From Vulcanimicrobiota bacterium (GTDB taxonomy: Bacteria > Vulcanimicrobiota > Vulcanimicrobiia > Vulcanimicrobiales > Vulcanimicrobiaceae): DNA of 64,000 bases. The stretch's first letter is position 1; every line of letters begins with the position of its first letter. Below the pieces are notes generated by a model, which was not told where the DNA came from, ran no database searches, and saw only the letters and a program-made list of their open reading frames with translations. Position numbers and translations under genes: made by a program. Positions 43,567 through 52,941 of the stretch are shown here, piece by piece. The stretch covers positions 2,208,001-2,272,000 of the forward strand of contig OY970223.1 of NCBI GenBank assembly GCA_963714015.1. Direction: 5' to 3'.

Positions 43567-44437
43567 ATGCGCATCGGGACCGCATCGGTTAATTGGGGCT
43601 TCGACCCTTTTTACACCTGGTCGAAGACGCCGTCATTCGAACGGATGCTCGACGAAATGGAACAAGCGGGTTATGAAGGGACGGAGATCAGCTACAATTT
43701 CCCCGACGACGCCGGTGCCCTGAGAGATGAACTCTGCAAGCCGCAATCTCGCTGCCGCCGCAACGTTTCACGCCGTCGACGTACGAGACCCGGAAAATCA
43801 CGACGCAGCGATGGCAAGCAGCATGCGCGTGGCGGAACGGCTGCGAGACGTCGGATCGGACGTCTTGATCCTCTCGGACAAGCCGTCCTCCGGCCGGATA
43901 GCCGTGGCCGGACGCGCAAGCAAATCGGACGAACTCGACGATCGCGGCTGGAGAACGATGACGGACGGCTTGCAGCGAATCGCTGAAAGGCTGCGAGCCG
44001 GCGGCATACACGCGGTTTTTCATCCGCATGCGGGGACGTACGTGGAAACGCGCGACGAAATCGACCGGTTTTGCGAGATGACCGATCCTGCGCTAATCGG
44101 CCTATGCCCCGATACTGGACACTTGGCCTATGCGGGCGCGCGGCCTGAGGACGTCTTCGCGGACTACGCAGATCGCATCGAATACGTCCATCTCAAAGAC
44201 GTCGACGCGGCAAAATTGGCGCGCGTGCGCGAGCAGGGAATAGATTTTGTCCAAGCTGTGCGGCTTGGGATGTTCGTCGAGCTCGGTACGGGCGCGGTGT
44301 CGATCCCTGCGATCGTCGAAGCGCTGCGATCGCGCGAATACTCCGGTTGGATCATCGTCGAGCAGGACGCTCCACCGGAGCCGCTTCGTTCGGCGCTTGC
44401 GAATCGGCGCTACCTTCGCGAGTACTTCGGTCTTTGA
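43567..44437 (+). CDS. iolE: Myo-inosose-2 dehydratase-like sugar phosphate isomerase/epimerase (TIM barrel), frameshift near 43735
   Basis: GYEGTE, FHPHAGTYVET, DTGHL, VHLKD and GWIIVEQD. Confidence 0.7.
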
Positions 44438-45270
44438 ACGCCGAGTCGCTCGCCCGCATCGGCGACGACATTCGCAGACACGTTCTGCACGCGGTCCATC
44501 ATGCCGGAGCCGGTCACATCGGCGGAGTCTTTTCGGCAGCCGATATGCTGGCCGCGCTCTATTTCGAAATTCTGCGTATCGATCCGGCTCGGCCGGCTTG
44601 GCCCGACCGGGACCGCTTCATTCTCTCCAAAGGACACTGCGCGATCGGATTGTATGCGGCGCTGGCGCTGCGCGGGTATTTTCCGATCGACGAACTGAAC
44701 ACGTTCGACGCGATCGATTCCCGGCTGCAGGGGCATCCGGACATGCGAGCGTTACCGGGCCTCGACATGTCGACCGGGTCGCTCGGGCAAGGCCTTTCAC
44801 CCGGCGTCGGCATGGCGCTAGCCGCGCGGATGACGGGCAAGGATTTCCGCACGTGGGTTATGCTTGGCGACGGCGAGATCCAGGAGGGACAGATTTGGGA
44901 AGCCGCCTTCTGCGCAGCCCGGTACGATCTCGACAACGTAACCGCCATCTTGGATTGGAACGGCCTGCAGCAGTACGGCTGGCCGACCGTTTCCGGATAT
45001 ACGGTAGACGACAGACGTGAGCCGGTCGACAACGCTCGCGATAAATGGGCGGCCTTCGGCTGGAACGTGCTGGAATGCAACGGCCACGACGTTTCCGCAT
45101 TTCTCCAAGCATGCCGAACGGCATGCAGTACGCGCGGACGGCCGTCGATCGTCATAGCGCGCACCGTTAAGGGGAAGGGCGTCACGTTCATGGAGCACGA
45201 CTATACGTGGCATTCCCGGCCTGTCACCCCGGAAGCTCTGGCGCAAGCGCTGACGGAGCTGCAGCGATGA
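44434..45270 (+). CDS. Split transketolase, N-terminal (ThDP-binding) subunit
   Basis: GHIGG, DRFILSKGH, STGSLGQG and GDGEIQEGQIWEA; the TTG start overlaps the upstream stop. Confidence 0.9.
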   Translation: MNAESLARIGDDIRRHVLHAVHHAGAGHIGGVFSAADMLAALYFEILRIDPARPAWPDRDRFILSKGHCAIGLYAALALRGYFPIDELNTFDAIDSRLQGHPDMRALPGLDMSTGSLGQGLSPGVGMALAARMTGKDFRTWVMLGDGEIQEGQIWEAAFCAARYDLDNVTAILDWNGLQQYGWPTVSGYTVDDRREPVDNARDKWAAFGWNVLECNGHDVSAFLQACRTACSTRGRPSIVIARTVKGKGVTFMEHDYTWHSRPVTPEALAQALTELQR

Positions 45271-46202
45271 CTGCATCTGCGCAGCGAGACGTTTTCGGCG
45301 AGACGCTCGTGCAATTGTGCGACGAGGACCCTCGGGTGGTCGTCCTCGACGGCGATCTGGCAAACTCAACGAAAAGCGACCGCGTTGCGCTGGCACGGCC
45401 GGATCGCTTCGTGATGATCGGCATCGCCGAACAAAACCTGGTAGGCGTGGCGGCCGGCATGGCGACGGTCGGTATGATACCTTGGGTGTGTTCGTTTGCC
45501 GCGTTCTTAGCTTCGCGCGATCTCGACCAGGTTCGCGTGGTGGTCGCTCAACCGCGCTTGAACGTAAAGCTTGCGGCGCATTACAGCGGTATCCTGACGG
45601 GCTACACCGGGAAGACGCACCAGGTCGTCAACGATATCGCGATCATGCGCTCGCTGCCGAACATGACTGTGATCGCTCCCTGCGACGCCGAGGAAGCCCG
45701 TATGGCGATTCGAGCGGCAAACGAATTCGACGGCCCGGTTTATATGCGCTTCACTCGCGATCCGATCGAAACCGTGACGAAGCCCGGAACTCCATTTCGC
45801 ATCGGCGCGGCAGCGCTGCTTCGGGAGGGCACGCAGATAGGGCTGATTAGCACGGGAGCGCAAACCGTGCGGGCGATGCAAGCAGCGCGAGTGCTCGGGC
45901 GGGAAGGCATCGATTGCGCCGTGCTGCACGTGCCGACCCTAAAACCGATCGATGAACAGGCTATCGTCGATTTGGCTTTGAGGATTCCTTTTATCGTAAC
46001 GTGCGAGGAACATTCGATCCTAGGCGGCCTCGGCGGCGCAGTAGCAGAGGTTCTGTCCGAACGGTGCCCGACGCGTATCGCGCGATCCGGTCTGCGCGAC
46101 GTCGACGGCGAGAGCGGGCCGAACGACGCGCTCCTGGCGAAGTATGAGCTGAATGCCGAATCAATTGCGGCGCACGCGCGACGGCTTTTCGCGCTCGCAT
46201 GA
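45267..46202 (+). CDS. Split transketolase, C-terminal subunit
   Basis: GIAEQN, GKTHQ, GPVYMRF and EEHSILGGLG; ATGA overlap. Confidence 0.9.
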   Translation: MTASAQRDVFGETLVQLCDEDPRVVVLDGDLANSTKSDRVALARPDRFVMIGIAEQNLVGVAAGMATVGMIPWVCSFAAFLASRDLDQVRVVVAQPRLNVKLAAHYSGILTGYTGKTHQVVNDIAIMRSLPNMTVIAPCDAEEARMAIRAANEFDGPVYMRFTRDPIETVTKPGTPFRIGAAALLREGTQIGLISTGAQTVRAMQAARVLGREGIDCAVLHVPTLKPIDEQAIVDLALRIPFIVTCEEHSILGGLGGAVAEVLSERCPTRIARSGLRDVDGESGPNDALLAKYELNAESIAAHARRLFALA

Positions 46203-47269
46203 AGATTGCCGTACTTTCGGGCGACGGCATCGGACCGGAGGTCATCTCACAAGCGGTTCGCGTGCTGCGAGCCGTTAGACCGGACGTTGAATGCGTCGAA
46301 GGATTGGCCGGCGCGGCGGCAATTCGCGCCGGCGAAGAACCGTTGCCGCCCGCGACGCGATCGCTCTGCGACGCCAGCGATGCGATTCTTTTTGGTTCAG
46401 TGGGCGACGCCGAGCTCGACGCTGAGCCCTTTGCTCGGCGCCCTGAAGCCGCGCTCTTTTCACTTCGCCACGACTACAGCCTCTTCGCAAATCTTCGCCC
46501 CGTGCGAACGTATCAAGGTCTCGAACATGCATCGAGCCTGCATTGGCACCTTATCGCGGGCCTCGATCTCATCGTCGTACGCGAGCTCACCGGGGGCATC
46601 TACTTTGGTACGCCGAAGGAAGTCCGCGTCGACGCGCGGGGCAAAGGCTACGCCGTTGATACGATGTCATATACCGAGGGGGAAGTCGACCGAATCGCGC
46701 GCGTTGCGTTCGAACTGGCGATGCGCCGCCGCCGTCACGTTACGTCGGTCGACAAACACAATATCTTGGCCACGTCGCGGCTGTGGCGAGGCGTCGTCGA
46801 GCGCGTCGCCACGGAGTATCCCGCCGTTGAAGTCGAGCATCTCCTGGTCGACAATGCGGCAATGCAAATTATTCGGCGTCCGCGTGACTTCGATGTTATC
46901 GTCACGGAGAACATGTTCGGTGACATCCTTTCGGACGAGGCGGCGATGCTGACGGGATCGATCGGAAATTTGCCGAGCGCGAGCCTCGCGGGGCAAAGCG
47001 ATCGCGTGTTCGGCATGTACGAGCCCATCGGCGGAACCGCACCCGACATCGCGGGCCGCGGTATCGCCAATCCGACGGCGGCCATTTTGTCGGCCGCACT
47101 GTTGCTGCGCTTCAGCGCCGGCGACGAGCCGGCGGCATTGCGGATTGAAAACGCGATCGCCCAATGTTTTCGAGATGGTGTACGAACGGCCGACTTGTGT
47201 TCTAGCGGCCGGGACGCGGTAAGCACGGCGGCGTTTGGGGATGCGGTTTTGGCGCGTCTCGGCCTTTAG
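46199..47269 (+). CDS. leuB: 3-isopropylmalate dehydrogenase family beta-decarboxylating dehydrogenase
   Basis: GDGIGPEV, LFANLRP, RELTGGIYFG, NMFGDILSDEA and GTAPDIAG; ATGA overlap with the transketolase. Confidence 0.8.
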   Translation: MKIAVLSGDGIGPEVISQAVRVLRAVRPDVECVEGLAGAAAIRAGEEPLPPATRSLCDASDAILFGSVGDAELDAEPFARRPEAALFSLRHDYSLFANLRPVRTYQGLEHASSLHWHLIAGLDLIVVRELTGGIYFGTPKEVRVDARGKGYAVDTMSYTEGEVDRIARVAFELAMRRRRHVTSVDKHNILATSRLWRGVVERVATEYPAVEVEHLLVDNAAMQIIRRPRDFDVIVTENMFGDILSDEAAMLTGSIGNLPSASLAGQSDRVFGMYEPIGGTAPDIAGRGIANPTAAILSAALLLRFSAGDEPAALRIENAIAQCFRDGVRTADLCSSGRDAVSTAAFGDAVLARLGL

Positions 47270-47308
47270 CACTCGTTGCGCCCGTATCTAAGCAAACCCT
47301 TAAGAGTC

Positions 47309-48046
47309 CTATGGCGACCAGCCCGGCGCAGCGTTCGAACTTTGGGAGTATGACGAGCTTCCGAAGGTACTGCCGTTCGTGCATGCCGACGTTTGCGTGT
47401 TTTCGTACGCGACGCGAACTGCCGTGTCGTCCGAGGTGCCTGCAACCGGCGTAGCGCACGGGTTCGGCGTTGCAGGAGGCAAACCGCCGTCGTCGCCTTG
47501 CGCAGCTTGCGCAGTCACGTCGTCAAATGTGCCGTCGCGAGCATCCGCCGCCGCAACGTACGGCGGGGCGCGGAAGGTTCGGAGCGTCACGTCCTCTGCG
47601 CGAGTGAGCAAAGGATTCTTTTGTGCGTCCGTTACCGAGACGGCAATGTGAGCCGTAACGCGTCCTTCCGTTACGTAACCGTTGGTTTCTTCGTTTTGCG
47701 CGCAGTTGGTCGAGGATTGATCGCAACTCGCTGCCGGAGTGGCCGGCGCGATAATCGTGTAAGTGATGTTTTCGCCCGTCATGAAACGGCAAGCCGGATC
47801 CGCGCACGCAAGCGGCAGCGGCGAAATGACGGGCAGCGGCGAGGGAAGGCCACCGTTCTGCATGTCGCTCGAAAGCTCGCGTTCCAGGGTGCGGTTTGCA
47901 ATCTGATAAGCGCCCGCAACGTACGTCGCAGCGGCGCGATAGGTCGCGGCGCGCGTCATCGCGAGTCCCGCGCTGACGAACGACAACGCGATTGCGGCGA
48001 GCAGCGCGACGCAGAACAACGCGTTTAAAAACACGTCATGGCGCAC
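47309..48046 (-). CDS. Hypothetical protein with N-terminal pilin-like helix (PilX-like)
   Basis: Hydrophobic N-terminal segment followed by a Cys-paired S/T-rich body; overlaps the prepilin gene. Start uncertain. Confidence 0.55.
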   Translation of the reverse strand: MRHDVFLNALFCVALLAAIALSFVSAGLAMTRAATYRAAATYVAGAYQIANRTLERELSSDMQNGGLPSPLPVISPLPLACADPACRFMTGENITYTIIAPATPAASCDQSSTNCAQNEETNGYVTEGRVTAHIAVSVTDAQKNPLLTRAEDVTLRTFRAPPYVAAADARDGTFDDVTAQAAQGDDGGLPPATPNPCATPVAGTSDDTAVRVAYENTQTSACTNGSTFGSSSYSQSSNAAPGWSP

Positions 48047-48521
48047 CGCTCGGCGCTGGAATGGCGGTCGGATCCACAATCTCGGAACCGGGTACCGGTG
48101 CTCGAACGGATACAGCGCCCGACACAGAGACGACCCCACTATCGGATGGATGGCCCGGGTCGGGTGTATAACGCACCTGGACCGAAAGCTGCGCATCGGA
48201 AGCCGTCACGGAGGTCAACGCCGTGGTCACGGTAACAGGCGCGGTGGTTGCAGAACCGTTCGGCAGCGCAATTGGAACCTGCACGTCGGCGATCCCCGAC
48301 GGCGCGTTTCCCGGTGAGCCGTACTTCCAAGCATTCTGCGCGACGCGCAGCGTCTGCTGCGCCAGAAGCTGGGCCGCCGAATGAACCGGCCCGCTTTGAT
48401 GTGCCGTGAACCTTCCGAACGAGCTTATGGCAAAAAGCGCTCCGGCGGCGGCAATTGCCAGCACCGCGCACGAGAGCGCAGCTTCAATTAACGTGAACCC
48501 GGATTGAGCGCGATTCCTCAC
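48036..48521 (-). CDS. Type IV prepilin / pseudopilin
   Basis: RNRAQSG-FTLIE class III signal with Glu+5, followed by a hydrophobic helix. Confidence 0.85.
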   Translation of the reverse strand: MRNRAQSGFTLIEAALSCAVLAIAAAGALFAISSFGRFTAHQSGPVHSAAQLLAQQTLRVAQNAWKYGSPGNAPSGIADVQVPIALPNGSATTAPVTVTTALTSVTASDAQLSVQVRYTPDPGHPSDSGVVSVSGAVSVRAPVPGSEIVDPTAIPAPSGAP

Positions 48522-49681
48522 ATGCCGGGAAGTGCCCGCGAACGCCGAAAGCGGGACGCGAGCCGGCGCCAATTTTGGATAGGCACTCTTAGTAGCGGCC
48601 TTTCGAACGCATAGGTCACCAGCGCAGCCTGCGCAATTGTGACGGAAAACGCAACGACTGTGTACGTGAGCTGCCAATGCGGATCGAGCTTCGGATCCGC
48701 CGATGCGGACGGCGGAACGTGCCATGCGAGGAGCTCGCGGGCGAAGACCTGATGGTAGAGGTATAGGTTGTATGAAATCGCGGCGAAGAAAAGCAATGCC
48801 GGATTGGCAATGACGCGCTGCCAGTACGGAAGCGCCAGCAGCGAACCCAGTCCCATGAGCACGAACGCGCCCGCGACCAAGGTGCGGTTGTGAATGGCCC
48901 AGGCGGTCGACCATTGATCCGCCGTGCGCATCGACCAGAGATTCTCGAGCAGCAACGTAAGCGCAGCAAACCCGGCGACCGCGACGAGCGTTGCCGCGAT
49001 CTGCACCCGGCGATCGGCACCGCGCTCCCGCAAGCGCACGTAAGCGTAAGCGGACAGCATGCCCGCGGCAAACACATCCAGATAACCGGGAAGATTTTCA
49101 ATCATCAATTCGGTAGACGTCGTCCAGCAGCAGGTCTGCGCGTACGAACGCCAAGCCAGGCTTGCCAGAATCATTGCCGCCGCAGTTACGAAGGGCCGGC
49201 GCGAGAAACCGGACCAGATTAGCGGGAAGCAGACGTAGAATTGGACTTCCACGGCAAGCGTCCAGAGCACGCCGTTAATCGAGCCGTATGTCTGCGGCCA
49301 CCACGTGTGAATAAAGAGCAGATGCGAGCCGACGTCACGCAACGCTTGCGCCGGCGAGGTGAAATGGGCGTAACCGATCGCAATGACGACGGCGATGGAA
49401 AGCACGTAGGACGGCACGATCTTCATTGCGCGGCGGAAGGCAAAATCGCCCCATCGCGGCGCGGGCTCGTTGCGGAAGGCTGCTTTGACGAACGGATACG
49501 CGATGACGAATCCGCTGATGAAGAAGAAGAGATCCACCCCAATGAAGCCGGTCTCCGGAATGAACTGGAGCGCCGGAAGCGGCGCAGCCAGCCACGAGAT
49601 CTCCCAAATGTGATACCAAAGGACCAGAAGCACTGCGATGCCCCGCAGCCCGTCGAGCACGCTCAGGCGAGTTTGCGCCAT
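48518..49681 (-). CDS. Acyltransferase 3 (OafA/YrhL-like) membrane protein
   Basis: LDGLRGIAVLLV, GVDLFFFISGF, WTLAVEVQFY and ISYNLYLYH. Confidence 0.92.
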   Translation of the reverse strand: MAQTRLSVLDGLRGIAVLLVLWYHIWEISWLAAPLPALQFIPETGFIGVDLFFFISGFVIAYPFVKAAFRNEPAPRWGDFAFRRAMKIVPSYVLSIAVVIAIGYAHFTSPAQALRDVGSHLLFIHTWWPQTYGSINGVLWTLAVEVQFYVCFPLIWSGFSRRPFVTAAAMILASLAWRSYAQTCCWTTSTELMIENLPGYLDVFAAGMLSAYAYVRLRERGADRRVQIAATLVAVAGFAALTLLLENLWSMRTADQWSTAWAIHNRTLVAGAFVLMGLGSLLALPYWQRVIANPALLFFAAISYNLYLYHQVFARELLAWHVPPSASADPKLDPHWQLTYTVVAFSVTIAQAALVTYAFERPLLRVPIQNWRRLASRFRRSRALPGM

Positions 49682-49701
49682 CAGGTCTTTGTATTAGGAT
49701 G

Positions 49702-49740
49702 TTGACACAAAAGCGAAGTTTGTATTAACATATTGGTACA
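49702..49740 (+). promoter_or_regulatory. Sigma70-type promoter overlapped by a YtrA/GntR-type operator
   Basis: TTGACA at 49702, an 18-nt spacer, then TAACAT at 49726; TGTA-N12-TACA inverted repeat at 49721-49740 directly before the ATG. Confidence 0.65.
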
Positions 49741-50529
49741 ATGGCTGAAGCACACACGGCTGAATTCCTTCGATGGTTCTACTGCGGCTTTTTCGCCGCG
49801 ATGGGCGCGTTCTTGCTCTGGATGCCTCCTACGGACAATCCTGCAGGCGTACTCCATTACCTCGCGCGCTTCGCGAATCGGGAAACGGCATGCCGCCTGC
49901 GCCGCGTGTGGTGCAAACGCATCCGGAACGAAGACATTGCGCAATCCATAAGGCTTTGCCCGGGGGTTTCAAGCCTCGTCCTGGCCATCGTTACCGGACT
50001 CGATCTGCTGGGCGGAGGGCTGAGCTATGGCCTCCTGATGCTCGTCATCGCAGGATCCGCAACGGCAGGGTTCTTGCAGGTGCGCAACCGGCTCCCCGTA
50101 CGGGTCGCAGTGCTGCAGCCGCGAAAGGCTGCTTCGGTAATTCCGGCGATTTGGTTCGTGCTCGCGGCCCTGCAAGGTTTAGTCGCGCTCGAAGCGCTGC
50201 GCTTTCCGGCAACCGAGACAAAGGCTGCCGCGATATTCGTCTGCTTATCGACCATCGTTTGTGCGACGCTGGCCTGGCGCGTCACGCAAATGCCGGCGTT
50301 GCTCGCGGGTGAGGATTTGCCGATGGAGCAGTACGTCGACGAGCGGCTGAGGCGGCAGAGGGCGGGGAGCATTCTCCTCTACGCATTCGCGCAAACCTTC
50401 GTCTTCCTGAGCTTCGCCCGGTCCGCGTCGTGGAGCGTGAACGCGGCTGCGCTGCTCATGGTCTGCTACTTTGCTTGGTTCCTCTATCAGACGTTTCGCA
50501 AAGCCGGCTTTAACGCGCTGCCGGCATGA
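49741..50529 (+). CDS. Hypothetical membrane protein (paralog A)
   Basis: About 7 TM segments; shares QxRNRxPVRVAVL, VIPxxWF and LAWRVTxMPALLAGxD with the next gene. Confidence 0.75.
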   Translation: MAEAHTAEFLRWFYCGFFAAMGAFLLWMPPTDNPAGVLHYLARFANRETACRLRRVWCKRIRNEDIAQSIRLCPGVSSLVLAIVTGLDLLGGGLSYGLLMLVIAGSATAGFLQVRNRLPVRVAVLQPRKAASVIPAIWFVLAALQGLVALEALRFPATETKAAAIFVCLSTIVCATLAWRVTQMPALLAGEDLPMEQYVDERLRRQRAGSILLYAFAQTFVFLSFARSASWSVNAAALLMVCYFAWFLYQTFRKAGFNALPA

Positions 50530-50577
50530 CGTCATGATTTACGCCGAACTACTCCTCCCTGAAAAGGTCTCGATACG

Positions 50578-51378
50578 ATGAGCAATGCCCAAATAGCGCA
50601 CTACTTGCACTGGTTCTGGACGGCATTCTTCGCCGCTTTCGGAGCGGGAATTCTGGCCGCGTCGCGCGGTGAATTAGGCGCCAAGCGCGCGGCTTGGCTC
50701 CTGCGCTTGCAAGATCCGGCGATCAAACCTCGCGTCCGGGCTGCGCTGGGCAAGCGCAGCGAAATGGAGCAACTTTCGCCGCTGGTCAAGATCGTGCCGG
50801 CAATCGTGAGTTTCATGCTCGCTGCCGTCGCGGCGTTCACATCCATCGAGCCTGCGGTCCTCTACGGTGCTCTGCTTCTCGCTGCGGCTTTTGCCATGGC
50901 CGTTGCCTTCGTTCAACTGCGTAATCGCCAACCTGTAAGGGTTGCGGTGCTGTCCCACCGCGTGCCGACGGCCGTCATTCCGCCGGTGTGGTTTGCCGTT
51001 GCAGCCGTCCAGGCTTTGCTCGCACTCTCGGCGCTCAGCGTTCGCGCCGACGCGTTAGGAGCGCTGTTCGTGTGCGTTTCGACGCTGACATGCGCCGTGC
51101 TGGCGTGGCGCGTAACCGAAATGCCGGCACTCCTTGCCGGTGACGACATCGAAGTGGAGCAGTTCCTGGACGAGCGCCTGCGTTTTCACCGCGCCGCATC
51201 AGTCCTTTATCTCGCGTTGGCGCAGTCGTTCGTATTCATCACTCAGGTCGCGCCGTTTCATCCGCAAGCGCAGCTGCAATACGCCGAGATCGCTTCAGCC
51301 GTACTCTGGGCCGGCTACAGTGTTTGGTTCTTCGTGCGTCTGTTGCGGAAAGTCGACGTTTCTCCGGCCGTCGCATGA
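50578..51378 (+). CDS. Hypothetical membrane protein (paralog B)
   Basis: Same shared blocks as paralog A; ATGA overlap with the GntR gene. Confidence 0.78.
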   Translation: MSNAQIAHYLHWFWTAFFAAFGAGILAASRGELGAKRAAWLLRLQDPAIKPRVRAALGKRSEMEQLSPLVKIVPAIVSFMLAAVAAFTSIEPAVLYGALLLAAAFAMAVAFVQLRNRQPVRVAVLSHRVPTAVIPPVWFAVAAVQALLALSALSVRADALGALFVCVSTLTCAVLAWRVTEMPALLAGDDIEVEQFLDERLRFHRAASVLYLALAQSFVFITQVAPFHPQAQLQYAEIASAVLWAGYSVWFFVRLLRKVDVSPAVA

Positions 51379-51749
51379 GCACAGCAATTACGGTCGATCC
51401 GAACATCGAGATCGCGCCGTACCAGCAGATCGAAGAACAGATAGTCGGATCGATCCAGCGCGGCGACTTGCAGCCGGGCGCGATGCTTCCCACCGTCAGG
51501 CAGCTTGCCGACGATCTCAACGTTGCGCCGAATACTGTTGCCCGGGCATACGCGGATCTGCAGAGCGGCGGCTGGATCATCAGTGAGGGCCGGCGCGGTA
51601 CGAGAATCGCCACGCGTTTGCCGGTTGCGGACAAAAAAGTCCGGACGCACGTTCTGCGGGAGACGATCGAAAACGTCGTGGGCTCGCTGCTCGGTCGAGG
51701 CTACTCCGCAGGCGAGATCCTGGCTGAGGCGCGCCGCTTGCTTGGCTGA
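51375..51749 (+). CDS. GntR family regulator, YtrA subfamily
   Basis: 124 aa; PYQQI, LPTVRQLA..VAPNTVARAY and RRGT; short C-terminal domain. Confidence 0.9.
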   Translation: MSTAITVDPNIEIAPYQQIEEQIVGSIQRGDLQPGAMLPTVRQLADDLNVAPNTVARAYADLQSGGWIISEGRRGTRIATRLPVADKKVRTHVLRETIENVVGSLLGRGYSAGEILAEARRLLG

Positions 51750-51919
51750 GGCAAGCGTGGCCGCAATGGCGCGGGCGTTCCGGCGGAAGCCGCAAAAAAG
51801 ATTCTTCCTTATATTTGGGTGCTGTGGAGTACCGGGGGGCGCCGTTTCCGAGCGTGGCGCCGGCGCGCGCCGCATTCCGGGCAGCGAGCAAGCGGTACTT
51901 CACCGCATCGAGCGCGCAT

Positions 51920-51948
51920 TTGACGGGGCTGGAACTCCTTGCTATACT
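51920..51948 (+). promoter_or_regulatory. Sigma70 promoter of the str operon
   Basis: TTGACG-N17-TATACT with an extended TG, about 60 nt before rpsL. Confidence 0.8.
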
Positions 51949-52008
51949 CCCGTAGTTCGGTCCCACCGATGGTGTGGCCGACTTTGTGTGTGTGGTTAAG
52001 GAGTAACG

Positions 52009-52449
52009 TTGCCGACCATCAGTCAGCTGGTTCGTAAGGGCCGCGAGAAAGCCGAAAAAAAGGTCAAGACGCCGGCGTTCCGCGTCATTCAGACCGGTCC
52101 CAAGCCGGGGCATCCGGACCTGCCATTGCGTACGTTCGAAGTCGCCGGCAATCCTCAGCGCCGCGGTGTTTGCACGCAAGTCAAGACGGTCACTCCGAAG
52201 AAGCCGAATTCCGCGCTGCGTAAGGTGGCCCGCGTCCGGTTGACCAACGGTGAAGAAGTCACGGCCTACATCCCCGGCATCGGGCATAATCTGCAGGAGC
52301 ACTCCGTGGTGCTGGTGAGGGGCGGCCGCGTCAAGGATCTGCCCGGCGTTCGCTACCACATCATTCGCGGCACGCTGGACACTTCCGGGACCGCGAACCG
52401 CAAGCAAGGCCGCTCCAAGTACGGCGCCAAGCGCTCCGCCAAAAAGTAA
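52009..52449 (+). CDS. rpsL: 30S ribosomal protein S12
   Basis: [23 protein letters not shown] and [23 protein letters not shown] start. Confidence 0.98.
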   Translation: MPTISQLVRKGREKAEKKVKTPAFRVIQTGPKPGHPDLPLRTFEVAGNPQRRGVCTQVKTVTPKKPNSALRKVARVRLTNGEEVTAYIPGIGHNLQEHSVVLVRGGRVKDLPGVRYHIIRGTLDTSGTANRKQGRSKYGAKRSAKK

Positions 52450-52460
52450 GGACCGAGACA

Positions 52461-52931
52461 TTGCCACGTAAAGGACCCGCGCCCAAGCGGCAGATTCTGC
52501 CGGATCCGCGCTTCAACTCGAAAGTGCTCTCGCGCTTCATCAACAAGGTCATGCTCCGCGGCAAGAAATCGCTGGCGGAACAGATTACCTATGGAGCGCT
52601 GGACATCGTCACGGAGAAGACGGGCCGCGAGGCGATGGATGTGTTCTCGCAAGCACTCTCCAACGCGATGCCGCTGGTCGAAGTCCGCCCTCGCCGCGTC
52701 GGCGGCGCAACGTACCAAGTGCCGATGGAAGTGCGGCCCGACCGCCGTCAGGCGATGGCGATGCGCTGGTTGATCGGCTTTGCGCGCGCCCGTTCCGGCC
52801 GCTCCATGGAAGAGAAACTCGCCGCCGAACTGATGGACGCCTCGAACAACCAAGGCGCATCGATCAAAAAGCGCGAGGACACCCACAAGATGGCCGAGGC
52901 GAATAAGGCCTTCGCGCATTACCGCTGGTAA
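52461..52931 (+). CDS. rpsG: 30S ribosomal protein S7
   Basis: [16 protein letters not shown] and [15 protein letters not shown]. Confidence 0.98.
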   Translation: MPRKGPAPKRQILPDPRFNSKVLSRFINKVMLRGKKSLAEQITYGALDIVTEKTGREAMDVFSQALSNAMPLVEVRPRRVGGATYQVPMEVRPDRRQAMAMRWLIGFARARSGRSMEEKLAAELMDASNNQGASIKKREDTHKMAEANKAFAHYRW

Positions 52932-52941
52932 CTTTTACATC

